Made by a program: the position numbers and the translations under genes
Notes under the pieces: generated by a model
The model's database searches: none
What the model saw: the letters and a program-made list of their open reading frames with translations, nothing else
Told to the model about the DNA's origin: nothing
Sequence record: SRR31156797_1896
DNA length: 64,000 nt
Direction: 5' to 3' (one strand)
In this document: one piece after another, positions 19,454 to 29,870 of the stretch
Position numbering within the stretch: position 1 is the first letter of the stretch
How the letters are laid out: each line of letters starts with the position of its first letter

Positions 19454-20515
19454 TTAGTTTGATAAGAAGTCTATCGCAGCTTCAATAATACTATCAATTC
19501 CCTGATCTTCTTCAGTAGGGTCCATGTTTATAGCAATGTCAGGAGCTACTCCAACTTCGAAATCAATTAATCCTTCATTGGATGGATATGCTGACCGGGT
19601 TACACTAAAGCGATAGTACCATCCATTAGGCATTTGGCCACCATGAGGAGCACCGGCGCCACCACCTGTCGTGTCGCCAATTTGGGTAACATTTGGTAAA
19701 GCTTTTGCCGCAGCTGCAAAGAATGAAGTAGCACTGTAACAATTTCTGTTAGTAAGTATTACTACCGGTTTATAGTATTTAACTTGTCCTCCGGGTTCTA
19801 AATATACATTTTCTGGTTCCCCAAAATCTTCATGTTCGGGACCATCTTTTAATTTAGAGATATAGATCAGTTTTTTCTCATTGGTAAATCGCTTAAGTAT
19901 TTGGAAAATATTACTGGGCGCCCCACCTCCATTATTTCTTACATCAATGATTAATCCATCGGTATTTCCCATGCGGTTTAGTGTATAATCCATATCGTAA
20001 TCACTTACCGGAAGAGAGAAGGACCCATAATAAATATATCCAATGCTTTTTCCATTGACAGGGAAGATTTGATGCTGTAAAGGTGCTGTTATATAAGAGT
20101 TTACCGTAACTCCAAAATGATTTAATTCACCGGGTTCTAAATAATAATCTTTTATTAAACGCCAATTGAAATTTTCTGGCGCATCATATGATATATTGTA
20201 CCGGGAAATATTGAATAGGGATTGCAAATTTACATGTCCATCTCTCAAAGTGCCTAACATTTCAAACATAAGATTAAAAAACGCTTCATTGCTCATATTT
20301 GAATTTACCTGTGGCTCATAAATATTGTAAATCTCATCCCAATCTATACCTTTTAGCTCAAAGTAGCTGTATTTTTCATCAACTTGTTTCCATAGATATT
20401 CAAAATTCTCTTTTGGATTATAATTGGCTTCACCATCCATGAATGCTTTCTCACAACTAGTAGATGCTATCATGTTAGCCATAAGTATAAAGATTATGAT
20501 GAGTTTCTTTTTCAT
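19454..20515 (-). CDS. S41 family peptidase lipoprotein (tricorn C1-like N-domain)
   Basis: Motifs NFEYLW…YSYF, LRDGHVNL, IIDVRNNGGG, CYSATSFF, IGDTTGGG and GVAPD. Confidence 0.93.
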   Translation of the reverse strand: MKKKLIIIFILMANMIASTSCEKAFMDGEANYNPKENFEYLWKQVDEKYSYFELKGIDWDEIYNIYEPQVNSNMSNEAFFNLMFEMLGTLRDGHVNLQSLFNISRYNISYDAPENFNWRLIKDYYLEPGELNHFGVTVNSYITAPLQHQIFPVNGKSIGYIYYGSFSLPVSDYDMDYTLNRMGNTDGLIIDVRNNGGGAPSNIFQILKRFTNEKKLIYISKLKDGPEHEDFGEPENVYLEPGGQVKYYKPVVILTNRNCYSATSFFAAAAKALPNVTQIGDTTGGGAGAPHGGQMPNGWYYRFSVTRSAYPSNEGLIDFEVGVAPDIAINMDPTEEDQGIDSIIEAAIDFLSN

Positions 20516-20558
20516 GTTTCTATTATTTTGATGATCAAAATAGCTCTTGAGTAACAGT

Positions 20559-21050
20559 TTATTTCTTTACTTTCTTAGACTTTTCTATGACAGTTTGCTT
20601 TAGCGAATTTTTATAATCGATAAGTTTCTGTCTTATTTGTTGATCTCTGGCTGAAATAATTTGAGCAGCTAGAATTCCTGCATTTTTAGCACCATCTAAA
20701 GCTACTGTCGCAACCGGAACACCTCCCGGCATTTGAAGAATTGATAAAATTGAATCCCAACCATCAATAGAGTTTGAAGATTTTACAGGTACTCCAATGA
20801 CCGGAAGAGGAGACATTGCCGCTAACATGCCCGGAAGATGGGCAGCGCCACCTGCTCCAGCTATAATTACATGAATACCACGTGTATGTGCATTGGTTGC
20901 AAAATCATATAATTTTTCTGGTGTACGATGCGCTGATACAATATCTAATTCGTATTTAATATTAAAATATTCAAGCATATCTGCTGCTTGCTGCATTACA
21001 GGCAAGTCTGAATCTGAGCCCATTACAATGCTTACTTGTGCTTCTTCCAT
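20559..21050 (-). CDS. purE: N5-CAIR mutase
   Basis: Motifs IVMGSDSDL, SAHRTP, GAGGAAHLPGM and QMPGGVPVATV. Confidence 0.98.
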   Translation of the reverse strand: MEEAQVSIVMGSDSDLPVMQQAADMLEYFNIKYELDIVSAHRTPEKLYDFATNAHTRGIHVIIAGAGGAAHLPGMLAAMSPLPVIGVPVKSSNSIDGWDSILSILQMPGGVPVATVALDGAKNAGILAAQIISARDQQIRQKLIDYKNSLKQTVIEKSKKVKK

Positions 21051-22201
21051 GCTTTTACTTTTATTTGATTTTTAACTAAATCTGCTTTTTCAATGGCTTC
21101 TTCTATCGTTTGTGACATTACCGTAATATGACCCATTTTTCGGTATGGACGGGTGATTTTTTTTCCATAAAGGTGGACTTTCACACCTTCAATGGCCATA
21201 CTTTCTGTAAGCCCTTCATATTTCACATTGCCTTCAAATCCTTCTTCTCCCAGTAAATTGATCATAACTGCAGGAAGTTTTATTTTTGTACTCCCTAGTG
21301 GTAGATTGGAGATAGCTCTCAGATGTTGCTCATATTGCGATGTAATGATACTTTCAATAGTATGATGGCCGCTGTTGTGAGGGCGAGGAGCCACTTCATT
21401 CACCAGAATTTCACCCTGATTGTCAATAAATAACTCAACTGCCAGTAAACCTCTCATATTTAGATTAGAAATAATTGTTTTGGCAATTTTTTGAGCTTCG
21501 ATTTCTTCCCCTTCAGATATATTAGCCGGAGAAACTAATTTCTCAACCAAATTGGCTTTATGATCAAATACCATTTCTACTGATGGGAATGTTTTAATCT
21601 CTCCACTTTCATTGCGAGCCACAATTACAGCAATTTCTTTTTCTATAGTTACCATTTCCTCAATAACTGAAGGACCTTCTAATATTGTGGAGAGTTCACT
21701 CTCATTTTTAATTACAGCAACACCTCTACCATCATATCCACCTTTGCGTAACTTTTGAACAAATGGGTATATTATTTCTCCAGATTGTATAGCTTGTTTT
21801 ATTTCTATACTATCCTTGTAAAGTTTGAAAGGGGAGGTTGGGATATCATTTTTCTTATAAAATTCTTTTTGGCTTCCTTTATCTTGTATCAGCTTTAAAA
21901 TAGCCGGGTCAGGAACTACTCTTACACCTTCTTCTTTGAGTTTAAAAAGTGCATCTGTGTTAACGCTTTCTATTTCAAATGTCACTAAATCAACCTGTTT
22001 CCCAAAATTATAAACGGCATCGAAATCCATATGGTGCCCTTTTACGTAATGATTGGCAATGTTTCGGGCCGGGCAGGTTTCATCATTATCTAAAACATAA
22101 CTTATAATATCCCATTTGCTGGCTTCTTGTATCAACATTTTTCCAAGCTGTCCCCCTGCAATAACACCTAATTTTAATTCTGATGTAACAAGTTTTTCCA
22201 T
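21032..22201 (-). CDS. purK: N5-CAIR synthase (ATP-grasp)
   Basis: Motifs GGQLGKM, TFEIE, GGYDGRG, NEVAPRPHNSGH and RKMGH; overlaps purE by 19 bp. Confidence 0.97.
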   Translation of the reverse strand: MEKLVTSELKLGVIAGGQLGKMLIQEASKWDIISYVLDNDETCPARNIANHYVKGHHMDFDAVYNFGKQVDLVTFEIESVNTDALFKLKEEGVRVVPDPAILKLIQDKGSQKEFYKKNDIPTSPFKLYKDSIEIKQAIQSGEIIYPFVQKLRKGGYDGRGVAVIKNESELSTILEGPSVIEEMVTIEKEIAVIVARNESGEIKTFPSVEMVFDHKANLVEKLVSPANISEGEEIEAQKIAKTIISNLNMRGLLAVELFIDNQGEILVNEVAPRPHNSGHHTIESIITSQYEQHLRAISNLPLGSTKIKLPAVMINLLGEEGFEGNVKYEGLTESMAIEGVKVHLYGKKITRPYRKMGHITVMSQTIEEAIEKADLVKNQIKVKAWKKHK

Positions 22202-22268
22202 TTAGTTGTCTTTATTATAGTTTGTTATCCTTTGTATGATGTGTTCAAATACGCTATTAATTATATAT

Positions 22269-23147
22269 TTAAATGCTTCCTAAATTTTTTGTTTTGTTCA
22301 TTTTAAACTTGAAAGTTAATTGAAATAAATGCTGAGCTCCTCTTACCGGGCTATATTCAGGTTCAATTTTATAATATTGCCAGATATAACCAAATCGTAT
22401 TATATTCTCGTTTCGCAGGTGATAATTAATTCCTGTGTTGGCCGTAATGTGAACGACATCACCTATAGAAGCACTTTGAGATCGAGAAACGTCATATGGA
22501 TCTTCTCTGCCGTCCACAAAGTTTTCTATAACTACATAAGTTGGTCTTAGATAAAGAAAAAGCAATGGTAAATCAATTCTGGTGTCGAAGGTTACTTTGT
22601 GAGGATGGTATATGTATTTCCACCTCCACAAATTGATTTCAAAGCCTTTAATATTGATAGATTTACTAAATTCACTTGAAATACCAAGTCCACTAATAAT
22701 GTCATACCCAAATGCGGCATTAAACATATTGTAATTAGTGCGAAGACGCATCATTTGCATAGCTTGTACACCTATATATGTTTCTATCGGTATTACAGAT
22801 GATTGGTTTACATTTATTAATAAGCGACCATCAATATCAATATTGTATGTTGTGAAATAACCTGGGTCGTTAAATGCCGGGCTAAATTGATTGCCGTAAA
22901 GAAAAGCACCCTGTATGTCCCAAATACGATTAGTTTTTTCGGATTTATATCCTATTCCACCTCCGAATACCATTCCTTTATATAGTAAAGGGGATACCCC
23001 CTCATCTAAGGTTTTTTGTTGTCCAATTTGGCCATTAAAAAGTAAATAATTTGAACGGTCACTATGATCGAGTATTACTCTTTGTTGGCCTGTTGATTCA
23101 AAAAATAATGTAATTACTAGCAGGGAAAATAAGATCCACTTTTTCAT
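22269..23147 (-). CDS. Putative outer-membrane beta-barrel protein (DUF3316-like)
   Basis: Signal peptide, the LD-x-x-VSPLLYKG motif and beta-rich composition. This gene type is usually found beside S41 peptidases in Bacteroidota. Confidence 0.6.
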   Translation of the reverse strand: MKKWILFSLLVITLFFESTGQQRVILDHSDRSNYLLFNGQIGQQKTLDEGVSPLLYKGMVFGGGIGYKSEKTNRIWDIQGAFLYGNQFSPAFNDPGYFTTYNIDIDGRLLINVNQSSVIPIETYIGVQAMQMMRLRTNYNMFNAAFGYDIISGLGISSEFSKSINIKGFEINLWRWKYIYHPHKVTFDTRIDLPLLFLYLRPTYVVIENFVDGREDPYDVSRSQSASIGDVVHITANTGINYHLRNENIIRFGYIWQYYKIEPEYSPVRGAQHLFQLTFKFKMNKTKNLGSI

Positions 23148-23158
23148 TATACTTTTTT

Positions 23159-24064
23159 TTAATCATTAATAAAACTGGCTATCATATTGATACGTGGAAG
23201 CCAGTAACTTTTCCAGGCAGGTTCATCTCTTTTGTCAATCGATATTCCTTTGCTTGTGGCATGAATAATAGAATATACTCCATTGTCATCAGTTTCAATT
23301 ATTAAAGCTACGTGTGTAATTCTAGTATTATTTTTACCATTTGTAAAAAATAATAAATCTCCTGGTTTAGCTTTTGATTCTTTCACTTTAAGACCAGCTT
23401 CAGCTTGCAATGCTGCAGTTCTTGGAAGTGTTATACCCACATCCCTAAATACCTGACTTGTAAACCCTGAACAATCAAAACCACGGGTAGTTGTTCCTCC
23501 ATATTTGTAAGGAATACCCAAATACTTTTTTGATGCTTCAATAATGTCTTTTCTTATTCCCGGAGGTAATTTCTTTTTCTGTGGCTTTTTATCTTTTTTT
23601 GGAAGATCCGATATTGAAACAGTATAGTTTTTATTAATGGGCAATTCCCTAAGCTGATTGGAAATATTGATGACTTTTTGAGCTGTTAAGGCATTGCTTT
23701 CTTTTTCAATTTTGTTGAGATCTTCTGCAGCTTTTTGCAAAAGTGTTTGATTAAGAACAGCTAAATCTTGTTTCAAGTATTCCGGTACTTTCTTGCGGTT
23801 GGCTCTGTAGCTGTATTTTAAAGCGTTTATAAGATTCTCAGGATCACCTGTTTCGTTGTAATAATGAAGGTGAGTAATTGATTTAAAATATAACGGAACA
23901 GGATCAGCAGGATTTTTCTTAATATACTTACTTGATTTCTTTTCAAGTTTCTCAAAATCAGATTGTTGGTATTTTTTATCAAGCCGGGAAAATTCCTTTT
24001 GTGAGGAGCAGCCAATGAATATACTTGATATAAGTAATAGACCAATTGGTATTGAATATTTCAT
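23159..24064 (-). CDS. NlpC/P60 (C40) peptidoglycan endopeptidase lipoprotein
   Basis: Motifs YLGIPYKYGG, GFDCSGF, LPRTA, PGDLLFF, HVAL and IHA. Lipobox FIGC; ATG at 24064 preferred. Confidence 0.92.
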   Translation of the reverse strand: MKYSIPIGLLLISSIFIGCSSQKEFSRLDKKYQQSDFEKLEKKSSKYIKKNPADPVPLYFKSITHLHYYNETGDPENLINALKYSYRANRKKVPEYLKQDLAVLNQTLLQKAAEDLNKIEKESNALTAQKVINISNQLRELPINKNYTVSISDLPKKDKKPQKKKLPPGIRKDIIEASKKYLGIPYKYGGTTTRGFDCSGFTSQVFRDVGITLPRTAALQAEAGLKVKESKAKPGDLLFFTNGKNNTRITHVALIIETDDNGVYSIIHATSKGISIDKRDEPAWKSYWLPRINMIASFIND

Positions 24065-24181
24065 AGGCGCCACGTTTTATTACCGTTATAACTTTATATT
24101 AAATGAATTAATCAGTAATTTGTTCACTATGTCAAAAATAGCAATTTATGTCTTAGAAATAAAAGCATGGAAAATACGAAT

Positions 24182-24952
24182 CTAATTTTTTTCAGGATCC
24201 TCGAAAGCTTCAAAGTCACCAGAGCCCTTTTCCTGTTTATCAAGAAAATCCTGAATTTCTGAAGTTGTCATCTTCTTTACATTTGTTATTAGAAAATTTT
24301 CGTTGATAAATTCACCAAAGCTATTGCATTCTTTTGTTGTCTTGCTTAAAATTTCATGCACCGGTTTTTCAATGGGGAGTAAACACATGATTTTCGCAAA
24401 TTTATCGTCAAAGTCAGCTTCTTCAAGTTCACCACCGTTTTTATTGATACTGTATTCAAATTCTTGTCTTATTAAATTTTGTTGGATTTCAGTATAATGT
24501 TCTTCATTACTATTAATAAGTACAACAAAATACCTAAGGTTAGTACCTTTTCCGCCAAGACCTGTGGAAACAAATAGTTGCTTCTCGTCCAACAGACTAC
24601 TTTCAAGCATCATTCTGCTTTCCTGAAGCCCAAGAATTACCCATGGTTTTAATTGTTCATCGGCAATTTCTTTAAACTTTTCAAGAGAACGATAGTAGGC
24701 TACATTTTCAAATGAAGCTAAAATGCAAATGAGTTTTTTCTTTTCATCAATTGAAACCTCAGGGTTGTATAGCTTTTCAACTTCTTCTAAATAGTCTTTC
24801 TCCTTATCAATCCCTTGTTTAATTGTTTTTGCAAGCTTAAAATACGCCATTTGCAGCTTTACATCAATTTGCTCTTGGAGAATATTGATGTTAGCTTCTT
24901 TATTGCCAGCCATTTTTTTAAGCTTATCGAAAAGATTTTCGTTATTTTCCAT
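24182..24952 (-). CDS. Conserved hypothetical cytoplasmic protein
   Basis: 256-aa ORF with normal composition and an STGLGGKG-x-x-LRYF segment; no function assignable. Confidence 0.8.
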   Translation of the reverse strand: MENNENLFDKLKKMAGNKEANINILQEQIDVKLQMAYFKLAKTIKQGIDKEKDYLEEVEKLYNPEVSIDEKKKLICILASFENVAYYRSLEKFKEIADEQLKPWVILGLQESRMMLESSLLDEKQLFVSTGLGGKGTNLRYFVVLINSNEEHYTEIQQNLIRQEFEYSINKNGGELEEADFDDKFAKIMCLLPIEKPVHEILSKTTKECNSFGEFINENFLITNVKKMTTSEIQDFLDKQEKGSGDFEAFEDPEKN

Positions 24953-25211
24953 ATGTTATTTATGACAATCTTAATACTGATAATGTTGACGGCAAAAACT
25001 GTACAACAATAAAAACGTTTTCGATAAAGCGGAAATTTCGTCAGATTAATTAGCGTTTCTATTTATTTGTAGAATTGGATTATTAACGATTTGTTAAGAT
25101 ATTTCTAAAATGTTTGGTATATTTATAGGGTGAAAGATATTTTTTCAAATGGTTTAAATTAAATGAATTACAGCTCCTGTTTGTTTTACTGTATCCTAAA
25201 TTACTGTTATT

Positions 25212-25934
25212 GTGATAACTAAGTTCAGGCTTTGTCTCAATTTTTTAATTATTATTCTGACTTCAAATTATTATACATTTGGTCAGTCTTATCATACTGC
25301 AAATAATACCCAAAAAGTTTTAGATTTTGTAAAGGAAGTATACGGAAGTAGTGATCTGTTGATAAATGGAGTTGAGTACATTCCCGAAGATCCAAGAATT
25401 TATGGAACACCAAACTTATTTTCTGAATCATGGCTAAATGCAGACATTTATATAAAAGGAGAAAGCTTTCCAAATTGCAAAGTCAAGTATAATATTTTAA
25501 CAGATCAGTTAGTACTAAAGTTTCATACAAAAACTGGTATACAGCGAGGCGTAGTTTTGGATAATAAATTAGTAGACTCTATTAGGATAAATAATCATAT
25601 GCTCCTATCGGCAGAGCTATTGCGGAACAATAACTTAAAAGGAGATTTTGCAGAATATTTGAAAGTTGCTAATGCAAGTATCTATATTGAGTACTATAAA
25701 GATCATATAAAGTTTTATACCGAATCACAACCATATGGAAAATTCTCTGATACAAAACGAATTGTACACCTAAGAATTCATGGTCATGTTTATGATGTGA
25801 CCAAAAAAAGGAGTTTTTTGAAATTGTTTCCTGAAAAACATAAGGATATGAGAAAATACTTACGTAAAAACAATATTAGATTTTTGAATGCAGATGTTGA
25901 CAACTTTAAGGAATTATTGAAAATCAATGAATAG
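25212..25934 (+). CDS. Secreted hypothetical protein, first gene of the TonB/DUF4249 operon
   Basis: GTG start, signal peptide and LINGVEY…G-x-P…KYNILTDQL pattern; overlaps the next gene by 8 bp. Confidence 0.75.
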   Translation: MITKFRLCLNFLIIILTSNYYTFGQSYHTANNTQKVLDFVKEVYGSSDLLINGVEYIPEDPRIYGTPNLFSESWLNADIYIKGESFPNCKVKYNILTDQLVLKFHTKTGIQRGVVLDNKLVDSIRINNHMLLSAELLRNNNLKGDFAEYLKVANASIYIEYYKDHIKFYTESQPYGKFSDTKRIVHLRIHGHVYDVTKKRSFLKLFPEKHKDMRKYLRKNNIRFLNADVDNFKELLKINE

Positions 25935-28719
25935 GGGTAAGGTATTCATATTGAGATTATTAATTGTACTTTTTTTGAGTTTCTCAATGACTTCAGAATT
26001 GTTTTGTCAAAATATTATTATACTCAATCCTAATAAACATGATGGATTATCTTGGGAGAAATTATTATTAAATCTTGAAGAAAATTATGATGTTCGTTTT
26101 TACTATAAGGATGATGTTTTTCTTAACAAAAAAGTGGAAATAAAAGATAGTATTGAGTTAATGCAATTTTTAAATAATGAATTAAAGAGTTATGGTCTTT
26201 TTATATCTGTAGATAAGCATAATAATTACTTTTTTACAAAGTCTCAACATTTAAAAGTTAGATTGCCAGGTCTAATTGTTAGTAAAGATATTGAAAGTGA
26301 ATCTGTTGAAAAATCAGATTTAGAAACTTCCGTTAATTATTTGAAGACAAACAGAGACTTTGCTAAAAGAACTTTTATAGTAGGCAGTAAAGATAAAGCA
26401 GAAAATGGTAAAAAATGTATTGTTTCTGGCTATGTTAAATCTGTTGAGAATGGAGAACCGATTATTGGCTGTGCCATTTTTATTAAAAAACTGGGAATAG
26501 GAACAGTTTCCTCTGAAACAGGTTTCTTTACAATTAATGTCCCAAGAGGGACTCACGTCTTAACAGCTTCAAGTATTGAGCAAAGTGAAAAAAAGCTTAC
26601 CATTGATGTTCGTTCAAGTGGAACGTTAAATATTTTGATGAAAAAGAGGCTGGTCTCACTGGATGAGGTTGTGATTAATGCAGATAAATACGATAATGTA
26701 AGGAGTACCAGCATGGGATTGGAACGAATTGCAATGAAGAGTGTTAAGCAGATACCTCAAATGTTGGGTGAAACTGATATCCTGAAGGTAGCCTTAATGT
26801 TGCCTGGTGTCCAAAATACAGGAGAAGCTTCTTCAGGGTTTAATGTTAGAGGAAGTCCTTCTGATCAAACCCAATTTTTCATTAATAATGTGCCTATTTA
26901 TAATACATCACACTTATTTGGTTTCTTTTCAGCTTTTAACCCTGATGTTGTTGAAGAATTTAAGCTTTATAAAAGCAATATTCCAGCGGAATATGGGGGG
27001 CGATTAGCTTCTGTATTTGATATCGAAACCACACAAGGTGATGATGAAAAATTTTCGGCAAGAGGCGGAATAAGTCCAATAATGGGAAGAGTTTTCTTAG
27101 AGACTCCAATTTTGAAAAGTAAGAGTAGTGCCTATGTTGGAGTAAGATCAACCTATTCAGACTGGATTTTAAAGAGAGTTGAATCACCTGATATAAGAAA
27201 TAGTAGTGCTCAGTTTTATGATATTGTTAGCGGGATTAACTTTGATATTGGAGAAAAGAATCAATTAGAGTTATTTGGCTATTATAGCCATGATGATATT
27301 TCGTTTTCCACACTTGCAGATTATAAATACGAAAATTTGGGAGGGGCAATTAATTGGAAACATCGATTGAATGCTAAAAGTAAAATTAATTTAAGCACTA
27401 TATATAGCAAGTATTGGTTAGAAGAAAGCAATCATGAAATATCAATAAATTCATATAGACATAAGTTTGAAATAAATAATTATAAAGTCATTGGTTCATT
27501 GGATTTTATTCCAAATAATAATTACAAAATATCAGCGGGTTTTAATTCTACATTATATTCTATACATCAAGGTAAACATATTCCCCTGGCTGATCAATCA
27601 ATGGTAACTCCAATAGATTTAGGCAGTGAAACAAGTTTAGAAAATGCGCTATATTTAAGTAGTGAATGGAATATATTCCCTTTTTTGACTTTATATGGCG
27701 GTTTACGTTTCAATAATTATAACTATTTAGGCGCTCAGTCCGTCTATCAATATGAAAGTAATGCTCCATTGGAAGAGGAGACAATATCTGATACAACTTT
27801 TTATAGAAAAGGAGAAATAATTAAATCTTATAATTCACTTGATTTTAGAATAGCATTGAATTATATGTTTTCTACTTCACTTTCATTTAAAGCTAGCGCA
27901 AATAGCTTACATCAAAACCTATTTATGTTATCAAATACCATATCAATTTCCCCCACTGCAAAATGGAAAATGGCTGATTATCATATTAAGCCCTTGGAAG
28001 GATATCAATATACATTTGGTATTTATGCAAATCCTGATGCTACAAGCATAGAGTTATCTACAGAAATTTATTATAAAACAGTAAATAATCTTGTGGAATT
28101 TAAAAATGGCGCTGATCTGACATTAATAGAAATACCTGAAACTGAAATTGTTCAGGGTGAACTGAATGCCTATGGCATCGAATTTATGATTCGTAAAAAG
28201 AAAGGTCGGTTAAATGGATGGCTCAATTATACTTATTCAAAATCTGAAGCTCTTGTTTCAAGTACAATTGCTGAGAATGAGATAAATTTTGGTGAATCAT
28301 ATCCTACAAATTTTGATAAACCGCATGCGTTTAATTTAGTTGCTAACTATAAGTTTAATAGGAGATTAAACCTTTCAGGAAATGTGGTTTATAATACCGG
28401 AAAACCAGTGACATATCCTGTTGGAATATACTATTTAGACGGAAGAAGAATTATTAATTTTTCAAGGAGAAATGAATACAGATTGCCTGATTATTTTAGA
28501 GTTGATTTATCATTGAATATTGAAGGAAATCTTCGTGCGCAGAAGTTTGCACATGGTTCATGGTCCCTTTCAGTATATAATTTACTGGGAAGAAAAAATG
28601 CATATTCGGTTTACTTTAAAAATGAAGGCGGCAACATTAAAGCTTATAAGCTTTCAGTATTCGGATCGCCTATAGTAACAATTACGTATAATTTTAAATT
28701 TGGAAATTATGCTGATTAA
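25927..28719 (+). CDS. TonB-dependent receptor with carboxypeptidase-regulatory-like N-domain
   Basis: Motifs VSGYVKS…GEPIIG, LDEVVI, plug LPGV…GFNVRG, PAEYGGRLASV, AYGIEF, RLPDYFRVD and YNLLGRKN. Confidence 0.95.
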   Translation: MNRGKVFILRLLIVLFLSFSMTSELFCQNIIILNPNKHDGLSWEKLLLNLEENYDVRFYYKDDVFLNKKVEIKDSIELMQFLNNELKSYGLFISVDKHNNYFFTKSQHLKVRLPGLIVSKDIESESVEKSDLETSVNYLKTNRDFAKRTFIVGSKDKAENGKKCIVSGYVKSVENGEPIIGCAIFIKKLGIGTVSSETGFFTINVPRGTHVLTASSIEQSEKKLTIDVRSSGTLNILMKKRLVSLDEVVINADKYDNVRSTSMGLERIAMKSVKQIPQMLGETDILKVALMLPGVQNTGEASSGFNVRGSPSDQTQFFINNVPIYNTSHLFGFFSAFNPDVVEEFKLYKSNIPAEYGGRLASVFDIETTQGDDEKFSARGGISPIMGRVFLETPILKSKSSAYVGVRSTYSDWILKRVESPDIRNSSAQFYDIVSGINFDIGEKNQLELFGYYSHDDISFSTLADYKYENLGGAINWKHRLNAKSKINLSTIYSKYWLEESNHEISINSYRHKFEINNYKVIGSLDFIPNNNYKISAGFNSTLYSIHQGKHIPLADQSMVTPIDLGSETSLENALYLSSEWNIFPFLTLYGGLRFNNYNYLGAQSVYQYESNAPLEEETISDTTFYRKGEIIKSYNSLDFRIALNYMFSTSLSFKASANSLHQNLFMLSNTISISPTAKWKMADYHIKPLEGYQYTFGIYANPDATSIELSTEIYYKTVNNLVEFKNGADLTLIEIPETEIVQGELNAYGIEFMIRKKKGRLNGWLNYTYSKSEALVSSTIAENEINFGESYPTNFDKPHAFNLVANYKFNRRLNLSGNVVYNTGKPVTYPVGIYYLDGRRIINFSRRNEYRLPDYFRVDLSLNIEGNLRAQKFAHGSWSLSVYNLLGRKNAYSVYFKNEGGNIKAYKLSVFGSPIVTITYNFKFGNYAD

Positions 28720-29857
28720 ATATTTAAGGTTTTTATTTTTAGTATTTGGCTCGCTATTTACTTTTTCATGTATTGAGGAGTTTAAACCTGATATTGATGA
28801 TTATGAGGATCAATTAGTAGTACATGGAGTGATTACAAATATGGATGAACCTTATGTAATAAAGTTATCCAAAACAAGTCCATTAGATAATCCTGGAAAT
28901 AGACCACTTTCAGGAGCAACAGTTGTGGTAGAGGATGATGCAGGTAATGTTTACGAGTTTTTAGAGAACAATCTTGGTGAGTATCAATCGACAGGTTTTG
29001 TTGGAGAGTTGGGGAAATCATACAGATGCAGAATTAACACTGACGATGGTAATGTTTATGAATCAGCATATCAACTTTTATCAAATGCTACATCAATAGA
29101 TTCTATTTATTCAAATGTAGAAACGAGGCCTACTGAAGATCCTTATTATGATGAAATTGGTCTTCAATTCTATGTGTCAGCTAGCAGTGCTGCTAATAAT
29201 CAGAATTACTATATGTGGCAATTAGAAGAAGCATATGAGTTTAATTCAGATTACCCTATTGAGTATACATACAGTGGTCGTTTTGAGGCTTATCCTGAGC
29301 CACTTGAGTTTTTTACTTGTTGGGCAATTAACAAAATTGAAGATATTTTCCTTTTTGATGCGACTGTTTTAAGTTCTGGCGATATTCAGAATGTTCCTTT
29401 GAATTATGTGAATACAGAAACTAGAAAACTTTCAATTCGATATAGTTTACTTGTAAACCAATATTTAATTGATGAGGATACTTATAGCTATTATAAATCG
29501 GTTCAGGAAATGAATTCTGGGGACGATTTGTTTTATGGCACTCAGCCGTATCAGATTGCTGGAAATATTGAGTGTATAACGAATCCTGATGAAAAGGTTC
29601 TTGGTTTATTTTGGACAGCCGGTAAATCAGTAAGAAGAATATTCCTCAACAGACCTGTTAATTTGCCTTTTTACTATGAAATTTGTCCGATAAATACACA
29701 GGGAGTCCCTTTTATAGGAAATTATTCACATACGGATTGGCCAATTTATTTGACATATAATAGCAATGGGGAACTTGGAATTGTTGGAAAAGCATGTGTC
29801 GATTGCACTGAAAGAGGAGGATCATTGGGCAAACCAGAGTTTTGGATTGATAATTAG
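28709..29857 (+). CDS. DUF4249 family lipoprotein
   Basis: Lipobox TFSC-IEEF, LVVHGVIT, GATVVV, YSLLVNQY, GNIEC…VLGLF and C-terminal CVDCT…KPEFW; lies directly after the TonB receptor. Confidence 0.9.
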   Translation: MLIKYLRFLFLVFGSLFTFSCIEEFKPDIDDYEDQLVVHGVITNMDEPYVIKLSKTSPLDNPGNRPLSGATVVVEDDAGNVYEFLENNLGEYQSTGFVGELGKSYRCRINTDDGNVYESAYQLLSNATSIDSIYSNVETRPTEDPYYDEIGLQFYVSASSAANNQNYYMWQLEEAYEFNSDYPIEYTYSGRFEAYPEPLEFFTCWAINKIEDIFLFDATVLSSGDIQNVPLNYVNTETRKLSIRYSLLVNQYLIDEDTYSYYKSVQEMNSGDDLFYGTQPYQIAGNIECITNPDEKVLGLFWTAGKSVRRIFLNRPVNLPFYYEICPINTQGVPFIGNYSHTDWPIYLTYNSNGELGIVGKACVDCTERGGSLGKPEFWIDN

Positions 29858-29870
29858 TAAATATCAATTA

